DNA from: Amphiscolops sp. MND2022
Lineage: Eukaryota
Direction: 5' to 3'
NCBI GenBank assembly: GCA_964187785.1
Contig: OZ076409.1
Coordinates: 23,128,001-23,192,000, forward strand
DNA length: 64,000 bases
Shown here: piece by piece, positions 24,701 through 35,846 of the stretch
How the letters are laid out: every line of letters begins with the position of its first letter
Position numbering within the stretch: position 1 is the stretch's first letter
The notes under the pieces: model-generated
The model's database searches: none
Told to the model about the DNA's origin: nothing
Seen by the model: only the letters and a program-made list of their open reading frames with translations
Position numbers and translations under genes: made by a program

Positions 24701-25879
24701 CTCGATCTACTTTGTTTATTTTTCAAAAAGTTTACAAAATGTTTCAAATCAGTAATCAGTACGTAGTGATGAGAACCTCCTTCTGACAACAATAAAAGAT
24801 CCATGATAAAGTCACTAGGGAATTTAGAGACTCTGAGAGGTAACAAATCTTTCTTCTCCAATATAAACACATTGACTTGGACTTTGTTGAGTTTTTCGAA
24901 TCGTTCAAGTTCATGAAACGGCATTGGCATCCGAAAGTTGCCTGCATGCTTTTTTGCCAGAGGATTATATGTAGGATTATAAGTGCCTGGGTTTGTTTTG
25001 CAGCGCCACGAACTTGTTTCAACCAATGGTATGTCTGTGTGCAAGTGGTAAGCGGCCGTATAACAATATATAAAGCAATTCTCATCTTCAATGTTCCGAA
25101 TATTGAGTAGTGACCTACAACCTTGAAGTTTATTTGGAAGTGCGATGTAAGAGCTACCCCGAATGGGAGAATAGGATGTAAATTTAACAAAAAGGTTTTT
25201 AATTTCGGACAAAATCCACCCACTTCCTTGGGATGCAAAAGTAAATAAAGCTGAAGTAAGTTGTTCTATCAATTGATAATAGTCGTTGTCTGTGATCCCA
25301 TAAAAGTAAACTGGTTGCAACTTTGTGTTGGTATAAATTGTGATTGTCTCTTGAGAGTCATCATCAACTTTCGGTTTAACTAACTTCAATTGAGTTGTTA
25401 ATTGAAATTTCTTGGGTCCATTGCGACATTTTTCTCTAATAAGGTTTTGTATTTGATTTTTTTCCTTACAAAGTAGTTCGAATAAATCAATTGATGTGAT
25501 CCTTCGCTTGAGTTGATACGTTTCCAATGATCCCCAAAAGGCTTTTTCCACCTGTTGATAACCGGTCATTCTTTCGATGTTGTCATTTTCGGGGGGTGTA
25601 AATATTGTTGGTAAACCATGATCATGCTCAAGATGATACGAGTATTTCATAGCTTCACCGTAAACTATGTTGCAATAAAGGCAATGATTTACTATTATAT
25701 GTCCATGTTTTTGTAAAAAATGTTGTTTCATCGTAACCAGAGAAGTGTTTTGAAAATCACAATCGGAGCAAGCAAAAGGTTGAACTTTGGGTTGTGTGTT
25801 GTGTATATTTTGCTTGTGCCGACGCAAATTTCTCAAAGAACTATATGTTTTTAGACAAAGATCACACTCCACACCCATT
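21712..25879 (-). CDS. polB: Protein-primed family B DNA polymerase with N-terminal C2H2 zinc fingers and an embedded endonuclease VII-like domain
   Basis: Motifs DANNLYG, KLMSNSAFGK, YSDTDS; exonuclease HNMAGYD and FLDSF; CWIC...DHCH...AHSECN. Three C2H2 fingers follow the probable start MGVEC. The frame is open from 25944. Confidence 0.96.
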
Positions 25880-25944
25880 TTGGAAAGTCGAGTGTTCCTC
25901 AATGTTGAGATTGAGAAAATGTTTTTGCACTTCGCTCCGATCAA

Positions 25945-26192
25945 TTAAGGAGGTGATTACCATTTATGGTATCCCGAGCGACTGAATTCTTTGAATTCTG
26001 ATTCGATCACTATTTATGGTATCCCAGGTGCCATTTTTACCAGGAAAATTGTTTGCATGTTCGACTTTTAACAAGGCGATAACCAATTATGGTATCCCGA
26101 GAGACTGGATTTCTTTAAATTTTGATTCGACCACCTTTTACGGTATTCCAGGCGCCATGCTTTTTCCAGGAAAATTGTATGCATGTTCGACT
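25945..26192. repeat. Two diverged ~125-bp direct repeats upstream of polB
   Basis: tatggtatcccgag...ccaggaaaattgt.tgcatgttcgact occurs twice. Confidence 0.75.
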
Positions 26193-26251
26193 AACTTTTT
26201 TTGTTTCCGTATATTGACTGCTGGGCATTATAGGGGGGGGGGAGGAACGGG

Positions 26252-27677
26252 AATTTTTTTCATTTTTTCAAAAAGGTCAAATTTTCCATGCACCCCCCTT
26301 TTTCGAATTTCATTTTTTCAAAATCGTCTTGCGCACCTACCTGCAAATTTTCAGACCGATCCGACCAACAGTTTTTGAGAAAATTGACATTTTTTGTCAA
26401 AAAATGGCATTTTGAAAAAATGCATTTTTTGGTCAAAATCTCAACACTCGGTAAAGCTAGCGCCCTGCGGTTTTCACCAGCGTTTTCAGCGTCCTCTTTT
26501 CTAGTTGTGTGCCAAATTTTGGCTCCGAAACTTTTTTCAATGTTGAGAAATGTTTGTTTTTTTGACCGAAAATGATCAAAAATTGAGTTTAAAAAATGTT
26601 CAAAATCTCGTAAACTACGCGACTTTTGAAATTTACTCCTGTGGAAAAGTCTTGTAAATTTTTCACAAACTCAACTCTCAAATTTGGTTTCTAAACAACT
26701 TTGACTGCTTGAACAATCAAATTTCGCCTATAATAGAGGAGTGCAAAGTCAATTTTTCCATTTTTTCAAAAAAATCAAAATTTCCATGCACCCCCCTTTT
26801 TCGAATTTCATTTTTTCGAAATCGTCTTGCGCACCTACCTGCAAATTTTCAGACCGATCCGACCAACAGTTTTTGAGAAAATTGACATTTTTTGTCAAAA
26901 AATGGCATTTTAAAAAAATGCATTTTTTGGTCAAAATCTCAACACTCGGTAAAGCTAGCGCCCTGCGGTTTTCACCAGCGTTTTCAGCGTCCTCTTTTCT
27001 AGTTGTGTGCCAAATTTTGGCTCCGAAACTTTTTTCAATGTTGAGAAATGTTTGTTTTTTTGACCGAAAATGATCAAAAATTGAGTTTAAAAAATGTTCC
27101 AAATCTCGTAAACTACGCGACTTTTGAAATTTACTCCTGTGGAAAAGTCTTGTAAATTTTTCACAAACTCAACTCTCAAATTTGGTTTCTAAACAACTTT
27201 GACTGCTTGAACAATCAAATTTCGCCTATAATAGAGGAGTGCAAAGTGAATTTTTCCATTTTTTCAAAAAAATCAAAATTTCCATGCACCCCCCTTTTTC
27301 GAATTTCATTTTTTCGAAATCGTCTTGCGCACCTACCTGCAAATTTTCAGACCGATCCGACCAACAGTTTTTGAGAAAATTGACATTTCTTGTCAAAAAA
27401 TGGCATTTTAAAAAAATGCATTTTTTGGTCAAAATCTCAACACTCGGTAAAGCTAGCGCCCTGCGGTTTTCACCAGCGTTTTCAGCGTCCTCTTTTCTAG
27501 TTGTGTGCCAAATTTTGGCTCCGAAACTTTTTTCAATGTTGAGAAATGTTTGTTTTTTTGACCGAAAATGATCAAAAATTGAGTTTAAAAATGTTCAAAA
27601 TCTCGTAAACTACGCGACTTTTGAAATTTACTCCTATGGAAAAGTCTTGTAAATTTTTCGCAAACTCAACTCTCAAA
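26252..27677. repeat. Tandem repeat, 498-bp unit, ~2.9 near-identical copies
   Basis: catgcacccccc recurs at 26287, 26785 and 27283, a spacing of exactly 498. Confidence 0.95.
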
Positions 27678-27806
27678 AACGATTTCCTAGGCTACTTTAA
27701 ACAGAACTCTGCATAAAATGTCTTTAAATTTCGACGTGGTTAGTAAGCTTTTGACAGTATTTGGTTAGATTGGTTAGTAAGCTTTTGACAGTATTTGTTA
27801 GATTGG

Positions 27807-28406
27807 TTAGAATCGCTTCAAAAGTTTCTTTTCCTGCTGTTTTGCCTTCTTCACTGGTGGTGGCTCCAACGCTGCAGTTCGAGTACTATCAGGCGTCACA
27901 ATTTGAGGACTCACTGTTAGATCATCACCATCTTTCGTCTCTTCGTCTTCTGTTGTACAGACCAGAACTTCTGGGGAGACTTGTGGTGATGGAGATTCAG
28001 GATCATGTTCAACTCCCCAAAAATCTTCAAGTGAATCAACCTCCCTGAAGAAACCCATTTGATTCTCCGTTAATGGAACCATTGCGCAGTCGTCTCTACA
28101 CAGGATGCGTTTGATTTGTATAGGTAGCATTGGTAGGTCACAACGATGAAGACTTTCTATATCCCAGTTAGACGCTGCTTCACAGTCCACAGAGTCAATC
28201 TTTCTCTTTCTTTCCAGAATCGTCTTTTCAGTCGGTTGTTTGCTCAACTTGTGATAGACCATGTTTGGTAACAGAATATGTTGCTTTGTTTCCCACCGGT
28301 CATTTTCGTCAGACCTCATCTGTTCAATTATTGAGAGCGCTTTTTGAAATTGTGTTTCATAAATGATGAAGCGTTTGCTTGTAAAATGTGTAAAGACAGT
28401 AGCCAT
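27807..28406 (-). CDS. Polinton hypothetical protein (199 aa, acidic/basic tail with NLS-like PPVKKAK)
   Basis: Clean ATG-initiated ORF with no recognised domain. Confidence 0.6.
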   Translation of the reverse strand: MATVFTHFTSKRFIIYETQFQKALSIIEQMRSDENDRWETKQHILLPNMVYHKLSKQPTEKTILERKRKIDSVDCEAASNWDIESLHRCDLPMLPIQIKRILCRDDCAMVPLTENQMGFFREVDSLEDFWGVEHDPESPSPQVSPEVLVCTTEDEETKDGDDLTVSPQIVTPDSTRTAALEPPPVKKAKQQEKKLLKRF

Positions 28407-28820
28407 AGTTGAATCGTCGACTTGGACAAGACCAACTGTTTGAGCGGTAGCGAATTTATCGAATAACGGCTTGAGTTTTGAACGCTAGTGAATCTACAGT
28501 TTTTTGTTTCTCACGGTGGTCCGATTTCCACATGGTAACAATGTGTTTTGAATTATTACATTGAGTCTATTTTGATTTTTCAGATGTTTTGAATTTTAAC
28601 ACCAGTGTCGTGGCCTGGGCGTTTGCTGTCTACTTGAAAGATCAACGTGGGTGGCAATGATCTTGATTTATCAGTCGGCGGTGCAAGCGTTTGTTGTTTA
28701 CATGAAAGATTAAAGCAGGGTGACCAAACCTTGAACCATAAAAGCCCGCCCACCTCAGACATTGACCTTGCAATATTTACCAGGTTCTTCATACTTTTGA
28801 TTTTGTTTCCAACATTCAGA

Positions 28821-29216
28821 ATGTTCTCTGGTGATTTTACTCTTGCTAAGGACGAGGATTTTGGAGACTATTACTGTGACTTATCAGAAAAATCCAACAG
28901 AATATTGCGAGCAACGGTGAAAACATACGAGCATACAGGAACCTACGTGTTTCTAAAACTCTTCAAAAAGAAGCCAGACGCCGAATTTGCTCTGGTTCAA
29001 AAAATCACGTTGACAAAAGAAGAGTTTGAAATTCTACTGTGGAAAGGAAAATCAGTTCTACAACCGTCGAATATCAAAAAAGTTACAAAAAAGTGCAAAA
29101 AAATTAAGAAACCCTCATTTGTTGATTCTGTGGCGGAGGAGGATGACGGGGACAACGTAGACGGAGAAAACAAGGAGAATATTGATCCTAGAAAGTATTG
29201 TGGAAGCAATGTTTGA
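28821..29216 (+). CDS. Polinton protein with a possible PC4-like ssDNA-binding domain
   Basis: RILRATVKTYEHTGTYVFLKLFKK...QKITLTKEEFEIL resembles the PC4 strand-strand-helix pattern. Acidic tail. Confidence 0.5.
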   Translation: MFSGDFTLAKDEDFGDYYCDLSEKSNRILRATVKTYEHTGTYVFLKLFKKKPDAEFALVQKITLTKEEFEILLWKGKSVLQPSNIKKVTKKCKKIKKPSFVDSVAEEDDGDNVDGENKENIDPRKYCGSNV

Positions 29217-29787
29217 GCGTTCTCCCGATTACTTTAAGCAATTTAGAAAAAACTTTCGCTTCTTTTTATTCAAGGAAAAACCCAAAGCTGGCGTGGACTT
29301 CCCATTAGATGTTGTTATTTCCATTGGCTTACACTCACCTGTGCATGATGGGCTTTGTAACGCTTTGCCAGACAATCACTATCATGTTTTGGCCCAGTGT
29401 TTTGGTGAAAATTATAAAGGGCAACCCAAAAGTTATTTATTACCATGTTTATATTCAACCTACGCCTTACTAATTGCAAACAGTGATGAAAAGGAAATAT
29501 GTGGTGAAATTTTTGAAAAATTGGATCAAGCCGTTCAATACAATTGTGACCCTCCTAATCGAAACCCAAAGAAACTCTTGCCATCAATCTGTTTTTCTGT
29601 TCAAAAATGTGACAAGGCTGTGCAAGTCAGCTCTGGGTTGAGTCAAGGAACAATACAACGCTTGGAAAATGTTATGCTTGGACCGTATGGTGGTCATTTC
29701 CTACTCATTGCTGATATTTTTCAAACTGGTCACGGATCGCTTAATTTTGTGCCTGTACTAACCTTTTCTCTGAATGAAATTGTTTGA
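29210..29787 (+). CDS. Polinton hypothetical protein with an HYH motif
   Basis: ATG (MFERS) overlaps the end of the previous ORF. Contains DNHYHVL. Confidence 0.55.
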
Positions 29788-29817
29788 GAATAAAAATGCT
29801 TGAAATTAAACATTAAA

Positions 29818-30258
29818 TTACATGAGAGTTTTTACAAAGCGAAGCAAATCAGTTTCAGAAATGTAAGAAATCAATGGATAATACGAACTTAACAAAAAAT
29901 GAGCAATGTAAATACAATACAAACCACACAAGTTTGAATTTTGATTTTGTAACGGCGTCTTTGTGGCATCTTTTAATGTCTGCTGAACTTGGATTGGTAT
30001 CGCGGAGATTCTTTTAGCAATATTAGGATAATGTAAAAATAGGTCTAGTCCAAGGGGATCTGCAAAGTTGAAAGTACCTTTCACGTTGCTCCAAACAATC
30101 CAATGTTTCCCAGCGCTGTTTGAGTTTTCTGAATTGACAATTACAAAAGTGTTGTTGGGTAATAGGATAGGAAACTTGTCTGCGGGATAAATTCCTCCAA
30201 ACTTGTATTTCAATCTTGGGCTGTTTTTTATTAGGTGGGCAATGTAATCTTCATCCAT
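29818..30258 (-). CDS. Adenain-like cysteine protease
   Basis: IVNS...GKHW...FADPLG...LQ....NLCGLYC (His-Asp-Gln-Cys pattern). Confidence 0.92.
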   Translation of the reverse strand: MDEDYIAHLIKNSPRLKYKFGGIYPADKFPILLPNNTFVIVNSENSNSAGKHWIVWSNVKGTFNFADPLGLDLFLHYPNIAKRISAIPIQVQQTLKDATKTPLQNQNSNLCGLYCIYIAHFLLSSYYPLISYISETDLLRFVKTLM

Positions 30259-30261
30259 TTT

Positions 30262-31567
30262 TCAAGTGGTAGGGTTTAACATGACGTTTTTGGAGACTTT
30301 TCTATGAGAGTCAATGTAAATTGTTGATGCTTTTTCGCCCAACAGAAACACCTCAGTGTTCACTGCCAGCGCTGCTGAAAACTTCAACTCGAGCGAAATG
30401 GCAGCGTTAGTGAGCTCAGGATAAAGAAAATCATGAGATGCTTGTTGGGTGCTAGTCAGGTCAAACACCATTACAAAATGATTAGCATAGTCGGCGAAAG
30501 GAATTCCATGTCCATGATGACCAAAGGCGAGAGCATCCATTGTTGACATGTAAACTCGTTTTAGATCATCTGTTGCCAAAGGAGTTCCTGCAACAGGGTA
30601 TCCTTTCCGGTAAACAGTAACTTCGTTTAGGTTATGTTTTTGGTAATGAAATGGATTTGTGTCTTTTGAACCAAGAAAAGACGCATTACTGACGAGCGCC
30701 AAAGCGAATCGTCGAATTGGTTCTCGACTGAAAACGTCTTCCTTACTCCAACTGCGACTACCTGTCGGAATGAGAAAAGTTTTGGGTAGAACCTCTGTGT
30801 ACCGATACAGAGCTGGAGTTTTTGTCAGAGTTTTCTCTATGGCTATGAAAACCTGCTCAGAAACTGTCATTTTCCGGACGTAAAGATTGGCTTGGGTAAT
30901 GGTAATTTTGTAATTTTTTGCAACGTCATCATGAATCAAAACAAACTCTGGTTTCGAACAGACAAAAGAAATTCGCAAAGTCACTCCACTCAGTAAATGT
31001 TTATCACAAGAAAATACATCAGCTGCAACTTTTCCAAAAAATGTTAATTCTCCAGACTGTCTCGACTCCAATTCTCTGTTTGTAAATGGAGTTGTTGTAC
31101 TGTTCCCAGGATGCTGCTCATATGTATATCCTTGGAACGTAACCATGTATCTTTGGCTTCCTTGCCATTCGAATATTCGGTTTCAATAAAGGCCTTGTGT
31201 GCGTAACACCGTTTGCATTGGAAATTTTTATTCCATTAGCAGTAACAGTGCATTCGGAGAATAGAGAGTGTAATGTATTATTCACAAAAATAGGAGTGTC
31301 TGTTTGTGTTGGATCCGTTGCATCATATCGTAAGTCATTTCCATCGCTTTGTTTAATTTTGCATTTTATCTCGAGAAAAATTTTTTGTAGGTCCAAAAAA
31401 TTATTTCGGTCTCCTACAACTTCAAATTCCAATGTTGGTCCATTGGGGGAGTAAATCGGGCCAATCTTTTGTTCAAAGGAAGAGTCAAATGTAATCAAAA
31501 CTGGTGATCGCTCAAAAATGTCGAGGGAACTATGTGAAGCTTCGAGTGGTAAAATATTAGGCAACAT
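30262..31567 (-). pseudogene. Major capsid protein (double jelly-roll), frameshifted
   Basis: Polinton MCP-type motifs SLDIF, GPTLEF, NNTLHSLFS, ANLYVRK, NPFHY and FDLT. Frames are joined by two shifts at ~31205 and ~31135; the middle frame reads YAHKAFIETEY. Confidence 0.88.
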
Positions 31568-31931
31568 TTTTGACTTTTGAAAAGAAATCGGACCGACTTC
31601 TCTGTTTGCGTTTTGATTTCGTAATGGTTTTTCGTTTCTTTGAAGAACGTTTGCTTTTTCCACCAATCTGCTTCTTTATCGTCTTTTTCATAGCTGTTTT
31701 AGCAGCCTCACGTGGCGATTTTCGCTTTGCAATAACATCAAAAACCTCAGGGACACTTTGAACGAGCAATTCTTTGCCAATTTTTTTTGCAGCAGGTAAA
31801 ATAAAATTTTTTGCAAAGGGTAAAGCCACTCGGCCAATACCGGCTGCCAGTGCACCAATTCCACTACCTCGTTGTCTGTTGTAACTGGCGAAATGGGGTA
31901 AATACACTTGCTTTGAGTAATAGTCTTCCAT
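31557..31931 (-). CDS. Basic virion core-like protein (QRGSGIG motif)
   Basis: YY..Q...QRGSGIG...GRVALP with a Lys/Arg-rich tail, located between the minor and major capsid genes as in other Polintons. Confidence 0.75.
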   Translation of the reverse strand: MEDYYSKQVYLPHFASYNRQRGSGIGALAAGIGRVALPFAKNFILPAAKKIGKELLVQSVPEVFDVIAKRKSPREAAKTAMKKTIKKQIGGKSKRSSKKRKTITKSKRKQRSRSDFFSKVKNVA

Positions 31932-32798
31932 TAGGCGAATTTTTTAAATTTTAGGGTCAAAACAACTTGAACTTTACCACAAAAGGGTACCAGGATCCCA
32001 GTCTCTGTTCTGAGTTGAATGCTTATTGTTTGAATATTTTGAACCAACAGTTTCTTGTATTGTAAATCAAAAAATGATCTTGTTTCCAAATTCTGGGTTG
32101 TCACGACCTTGCCACTTTCAACACGTTTCCCACTATCAATGATTCTCAAAACGGGTGCTTTTACGTCGCCCGTGTTTTGATATTCAATCAAATCAGTGTA
32201 AACAAGAATTAGACTAATGCCAGAAATCAAATCCACCGGAAAGTCATTCACAACCCATCTACTGTTCAGGATGTCTTCGTTTCCTATATGAATACCAAAA
32301 GCAGTCTCTTTTCCCTTGAATCCAAGTAGGTTGGGAATGTTTCTGTTAGGAAAAGTGTAGCCAGCATATGCATCAAATTTAATTTCTAGGCCATTTTCGG
32401 TGGATCTATGTTTACCGTCTTCCGTGAGTAAATTTACTTTTGAACGCATTTCAAAAAGTAGGTTGTTGATATGACTGTACATCGAAGGTCTTATCTTTAG
32501 TTTTTGATAATATGGAACAACTGGTTCAGAGTCAATTTCAATTTCCTCTGCTTTTTCTTCATCAATTTCGTCAAGGTTTTCTTCATCGTCCTTCTTTTTG
32601 GTAGTGTGAACGTAATAAAAAAAAGTCTGTGTAAACGTTATTAATTTCCGAGGGAAAAATAATTTCTGATAGAGCCACACGCCAGTCGCCTTCCAGGGAA
32701 ATATTTTGTGGGAGTTGATTTTTGAATGCTGCCAATGTATTGTCACCAAAAATTTCTAATGACGCTGTGGATAATAAATGAACTTCAAATTCGTCCAT
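31931..32798 (-). pseudogene. Minor capsid (penton) protein, frameshifted
   Basis: N-terminus F...L.S..S...F.DNT...F.N.LP....LEGDWRVALSEI. C-terminus VYTDLIE.Q..GDVKAPVLR...I.I.LRTETG. Shift at the homopolymer near 32617-32624. Confidence 0.85.
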
Positions 32799-32816
32799 TT
32801 TTCTTTTTCACCAAAA

Positions 32817-33782
32817 TCAATTCAGGCTGATAAAACTTGCCCAAGAGTTTTCCTTCTCAGAGTCCAGTAAGTTGTAAGTTGGGGGATTGAGAGTTGCGAT
32901 TTTTTCAATTTGAAAAATTTCGTCGGTAAAATTCTGTTTGTAACCTTTTTTGAAGGGTAAGTTTTCTTTTGACACTCTCACAAAGTCACCGACTCTGAAT
33001 TTCGGCACTCGTAGCTGTTTAGTGGACTTGTAAGAAACCAGAGAAATCAAATGAGGTACATCTTTATCTGAAACCTTCTTTGGAGCCAATCCTGTCACTC
33101 GGTTTACTCGTGAATTTATGATGTCAACAAAGTCATGGAGTTTTTTGATGTATTGATAAGACCATCTCTTTTCCAAATGTTTATATATAATGTTTTTTAG
33201 AGAACGAATATTACGTTCTGCAAAAGCAGATTTTGTCTCACTATGAGTGCTGTAAATGTCAATGTTTTTGGAATCGCAGAACTGCTTAAATTCCCCTTTA
33301 AACTCTGATCCCTTGTCTGACCAGATTTTTTCGGGAATGGACTTTGTTATCATTCTTTTGAATGCTCTTGTTGAATCTGCTGCACTTTTTGTTTTCATTG
33401 GTTCAACCCGTAGGAATCTCGATAGTACATCAACTGCAACTAGCAAGTATTTCACACCGTTGTTGTATTTTGCTAATTTGTCCATATAAGCAACATCTAT
33501 CGACCAAATCTCATTGATTCTGTAAGCTTGAACCTTCAATCGTGGAAATTTTTTTCTGGGAGCGTGATATTTTGTATGAGCGTCTGTTTGAGCCAAAAAT
33601 GTTTCCACTTTCCTTTTTGGAAGCCTACTAGCTTTTTTCAAGTTTTCAACGCTACCATAAGCAGCTGGACCTTGTGTGTAAAGTTTCTCGAGGGTTTTTC
33701 TTTCAGATTCCGAGAGATGTCCATATTTTCGATCCAGACGCTTTGCTTTTAGCAATTTCTTCAGATTCTTCGGTGCTGGCAT
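32817..33782 (-). CDS. int: Retroviral-like (rve) integrase of Polinton
   Basis: DDE motifs WSID...VDVLSR...SDKGSEF...AERNIR. The C-terminal GKFYQPEL motif lies in another frame (shift near 32850). Confidence 0.93.
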   Translation of the reverse strand: MPAPKNLKKLLKAKRLDRKYGHLSESERKTLEKLYTQGPAAYGSVENLKKASRLPKRKVETFLAQTDAHTKYHAPRKKFPRLKVQAYRINEIWSIDVAYMDKLAKYNNGVKYLLVAVDVLSRFLRVEPMKTKSAADSTRAFKRMITKSIPEKIWSDKGSEFKGEFKQFCDSKNIDIYSTHSETKSAFAERNIRSLKNIIYKHLEKRWSYQYIKKLHDFVDIINSRVNRVTGLAPKKVSDKDVPHLISLVSYKSTKQLRVPKFRVGDFVRVSKENLPFKKGYKQNFTDEIFQIEKIATLNPPTYNLLDSEKENSWASFISLN

Positions 33783-34287
33783 CTGATTCGTCTCGAGTGG
33801 GTTCTGCTCTCTTTCCTGTTGTACTAGGGTTCAAAATGTTTTTGGCGTTCCGGTTAGGCACTAAATTAGGATTTACCATCAATTCTTTAAGAATGATAGA
33901 GTATGAAGGATCAGTTAGGTTTTTGTTGGGTTGCTGCAGATTATAAAGAAATGTTGAGAGCGAAATTTTTGTGGAAATTTTGTTTACTGTAATATCGCCT
34001 GTTTCATCAAAATCAATTGTTTCGGAAGATTCAATTTTGTTCAAAATTTCTCTCGTTCTTTGTTTTTGTGCCGCTGTGAGCATATCCAAAGACTTTAAAA
34101 TATTTTCTTTACTGGTTTTTTCTTTCTTTTCTACTGTTGAGGGGTCCGGAAAAGTATTGTTTCTTTGCAGTAGAGTGAGAGACTTTGCCTTTTGTTCAAC
34201 TTCTGGGTCTCTCAAAACTTGCAGTGTGGAGTGTTTCTGTTGAGTATAAAAACTTTTTGGGATAAGTACAAATTCTTGGGTGTTCAT
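33703..34287 (-). CDS. Polinton hypothetical protein
   Basis: ORF within the tightly packed co-directional cluster between ATPase and integrase (EFVLIP...PNLVPN). Confidence 0.65.
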   Translation of the reverse strand: MNTQEFVLIPKSFYTQQKHSTLQVLRDPEVEQKAKSLTLLQRNNTFPDPSTVEKKEKTSKENILKSLDMLTAAQKQRTREILNKIESSETIDFDETGDITVNKISTKISLSTFLYNLQQPNKNLTDPSYSIILKELMVNPNLVPNRNAKNILNPSTTGKRAEPTRDESDASTEESEEIAKSKASGSKIWTSLGI

Positions 34288-34295
34288 AACGGAAT

Positions 34296-34598
34296 TCAAT
34301 CTGTCAGGTAACAGAAACAAGGCCGAATAATAAAGTTTAACAATTTGAGACCTTTTGGTGACATTAAAATTTTTCTGCGTTCCTTATTGGAGGTAGACCT
34401 TTTACAAAGTAATCTGAGTTGGATTTCGTACTGTTTTAATTCGTCCACGTTGATACCAACCGTTCCATTCACAATATTGATTGCACACTCGCAACAAAAT
34501 TTCAAAAATTCCTTGTCACAATGTCGTAGAAGTTTTTGTTGCTGTACTGAAGTGAGTTTTTCCAAGAGACTGAGTGTATGCAAATTTTTCTCGCTCAT
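34296..34598 (-). CDS. Small conserved-type Polinton protein (CECAINIVNG)
   Basis: The C-E-C..N...G pattern and position directly after the ATPase recall other Polintons. Confidence 0.65.
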   Translation of the reverse strand: MSEKNLHTLSLLEKLTSVQQQKLLRHCDKEFLKFCCECAINIVNGTVGINVDELKQYEIQLRLLCKRSTSNKERRKILMSPKGLKLLNFIIRPCFCYLTD

Positions 34599-35241
34599 TG
34601 TTAATTTCTGTAATTTTTGCTTGTGACGAAGGCAAATAAAATATTGTTGGTCCTGGTCCTACAATGTTTGAAAAAAAGCGTAGATATTCACTTGTCTTTG
34701 GATCCAAATCAATGAGTAAATGACCATGTGGTTCTGCAACAGCGTCTGTGTAGCACTCTTTTAGAAATACAGCTTTGTTTAATTGTCTTCCAAGATATTC
34801 AATTTGCTGTGTGTCACGAGGAGAATTAAAAAGAATAATGTGGGTTGTGTTGAGGTCAATTGTACGTGACCACTTACTTTGATGATACAAATTATGTTTG
34901 ACAAAAATACAGTTAAATCCTCTGTGTCGGCCAGAGACTGCAATTTTTGCAAAGTTTTTATCTTGGTAAATTTCTTCGCAAGAGTCGTCAAATATCAGCA
35001 AACACTCCTGAAGCGTCTTTATCAAATCAAAATCTAGACAACTGATAAACTCGATGTTCATCCGTTTTTCCACTTCTTTGAAAATTTGTTGGAACTCGCG
35101 ATAAAAGTAGTAAATTTTTTGAAAGCGTGGATAAGAGGTCTTGGATGTGAGCATAGAAAAAATCAGTCGGGTTTTTCCAGATCCAGATGGTCCAACAACT
35201 GACATGAAAACTCTTTCTGTAGTAAAAATGATTTTGTTCAT
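34516..35241 (-). CDS. A32/FtsK-like DNA packaging ATPase
   Basis: Walker A GPSGSGKT, Walker B LLIFDD, SGRH motif, LLIDL. Confidence 0.93.
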   Translation of the reverse strand: MNKIIFTTERVFMSVVGPSGSGKTRLIFSMLTSKTSYPRFQKIYYFYREFQQIFKEVEKRMNIEFISCLDFDLIKTLQECLLIFDDSCEEIYQDKNFAKIAVSGRHRGFNCIFVKHNLYHQSKWSRTIDLNTTHIILFNSPRDTQQIEYLGRQLNKAVFLKECYTDAVAEPHGHLLIDLDPKTSEYLRFFSNIVGPGPTIFYLPSSQAKITEINNEREKFAYTQSLGKTHFSTATKTSTTL

Positions 35242-35516
35242 AATTTTGGGCTAGGTAAAAGATATCCAACTGATCCAGCCAAAAGTGATGTCCAAAATGG
35301 CATGTCTTCACATGATACTTCAAAAAAGATTAGTTTCACCAGACAAATTGTTATCACAAAGAAAGCTGAGAATACATGAACAAAAAATATAACTTGCGAT
35401 CGTGGTATGTTTGTAGCAAAACAAAATTTCCAGGCTGGTCTCTCATTATTATCTTTATCGAACACAATTTCTTGACATGATAATACATCTGGTAAATCAA
35501 CTGTTTCTGAACCCAT
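35238..35516 (-). CDS. Small two-helix membrane protein
   Basis: Two hydrophobic segments ending GYLLPSPKL. The stop overlaps the ATPase ATG. Confidence 0.7.
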   Translation of the reverse strand: MGSETVDLPDVLSCQEIVFDKDNNERPAWKFCFATNIPRSQVIFFVHVFSAFFVITICLVKLIFFEVSCEDMPFWTSLLAGSVGYLLPSPKL

Positions 35517-35846
35517 TTTTCAAAAAGTGTACTACGAAATTATTAAATTCAATTCCAGTTAATTGTACATTATTACACACACGTTGTATATCAGAAATGG
35601 TTCAAAATTGTTAAATAAAATGTTAGTACAAAAGATACAAAAAAATTGTACTGCGGAACATCATGCATTGTTTCCTTAGTACGTGCCGGACCTTGTGTGT
35701 CGTTTACACAAGTTTTTTGTTGGCAGTCAATGTTGAGGTAGGTTAAGGTGCAGAGATTTTTCTTGCCATTGAGGCACCGAAGGACTACACTACAGAGAGA
35801 GTTAGTTTCAAAACAAAAAAAGCATTATATCAAATCACACAAAAAG

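Noticed and set aside
26252..27677. Repeated ORFs (26288, 26741, 27239, 26749) as genes, or the array as CRISPR-like
   Set aside because: They are by-products of a 498-bp tandem repeat. There are no unique spacers or cas genes, and the context is eukaryotic.
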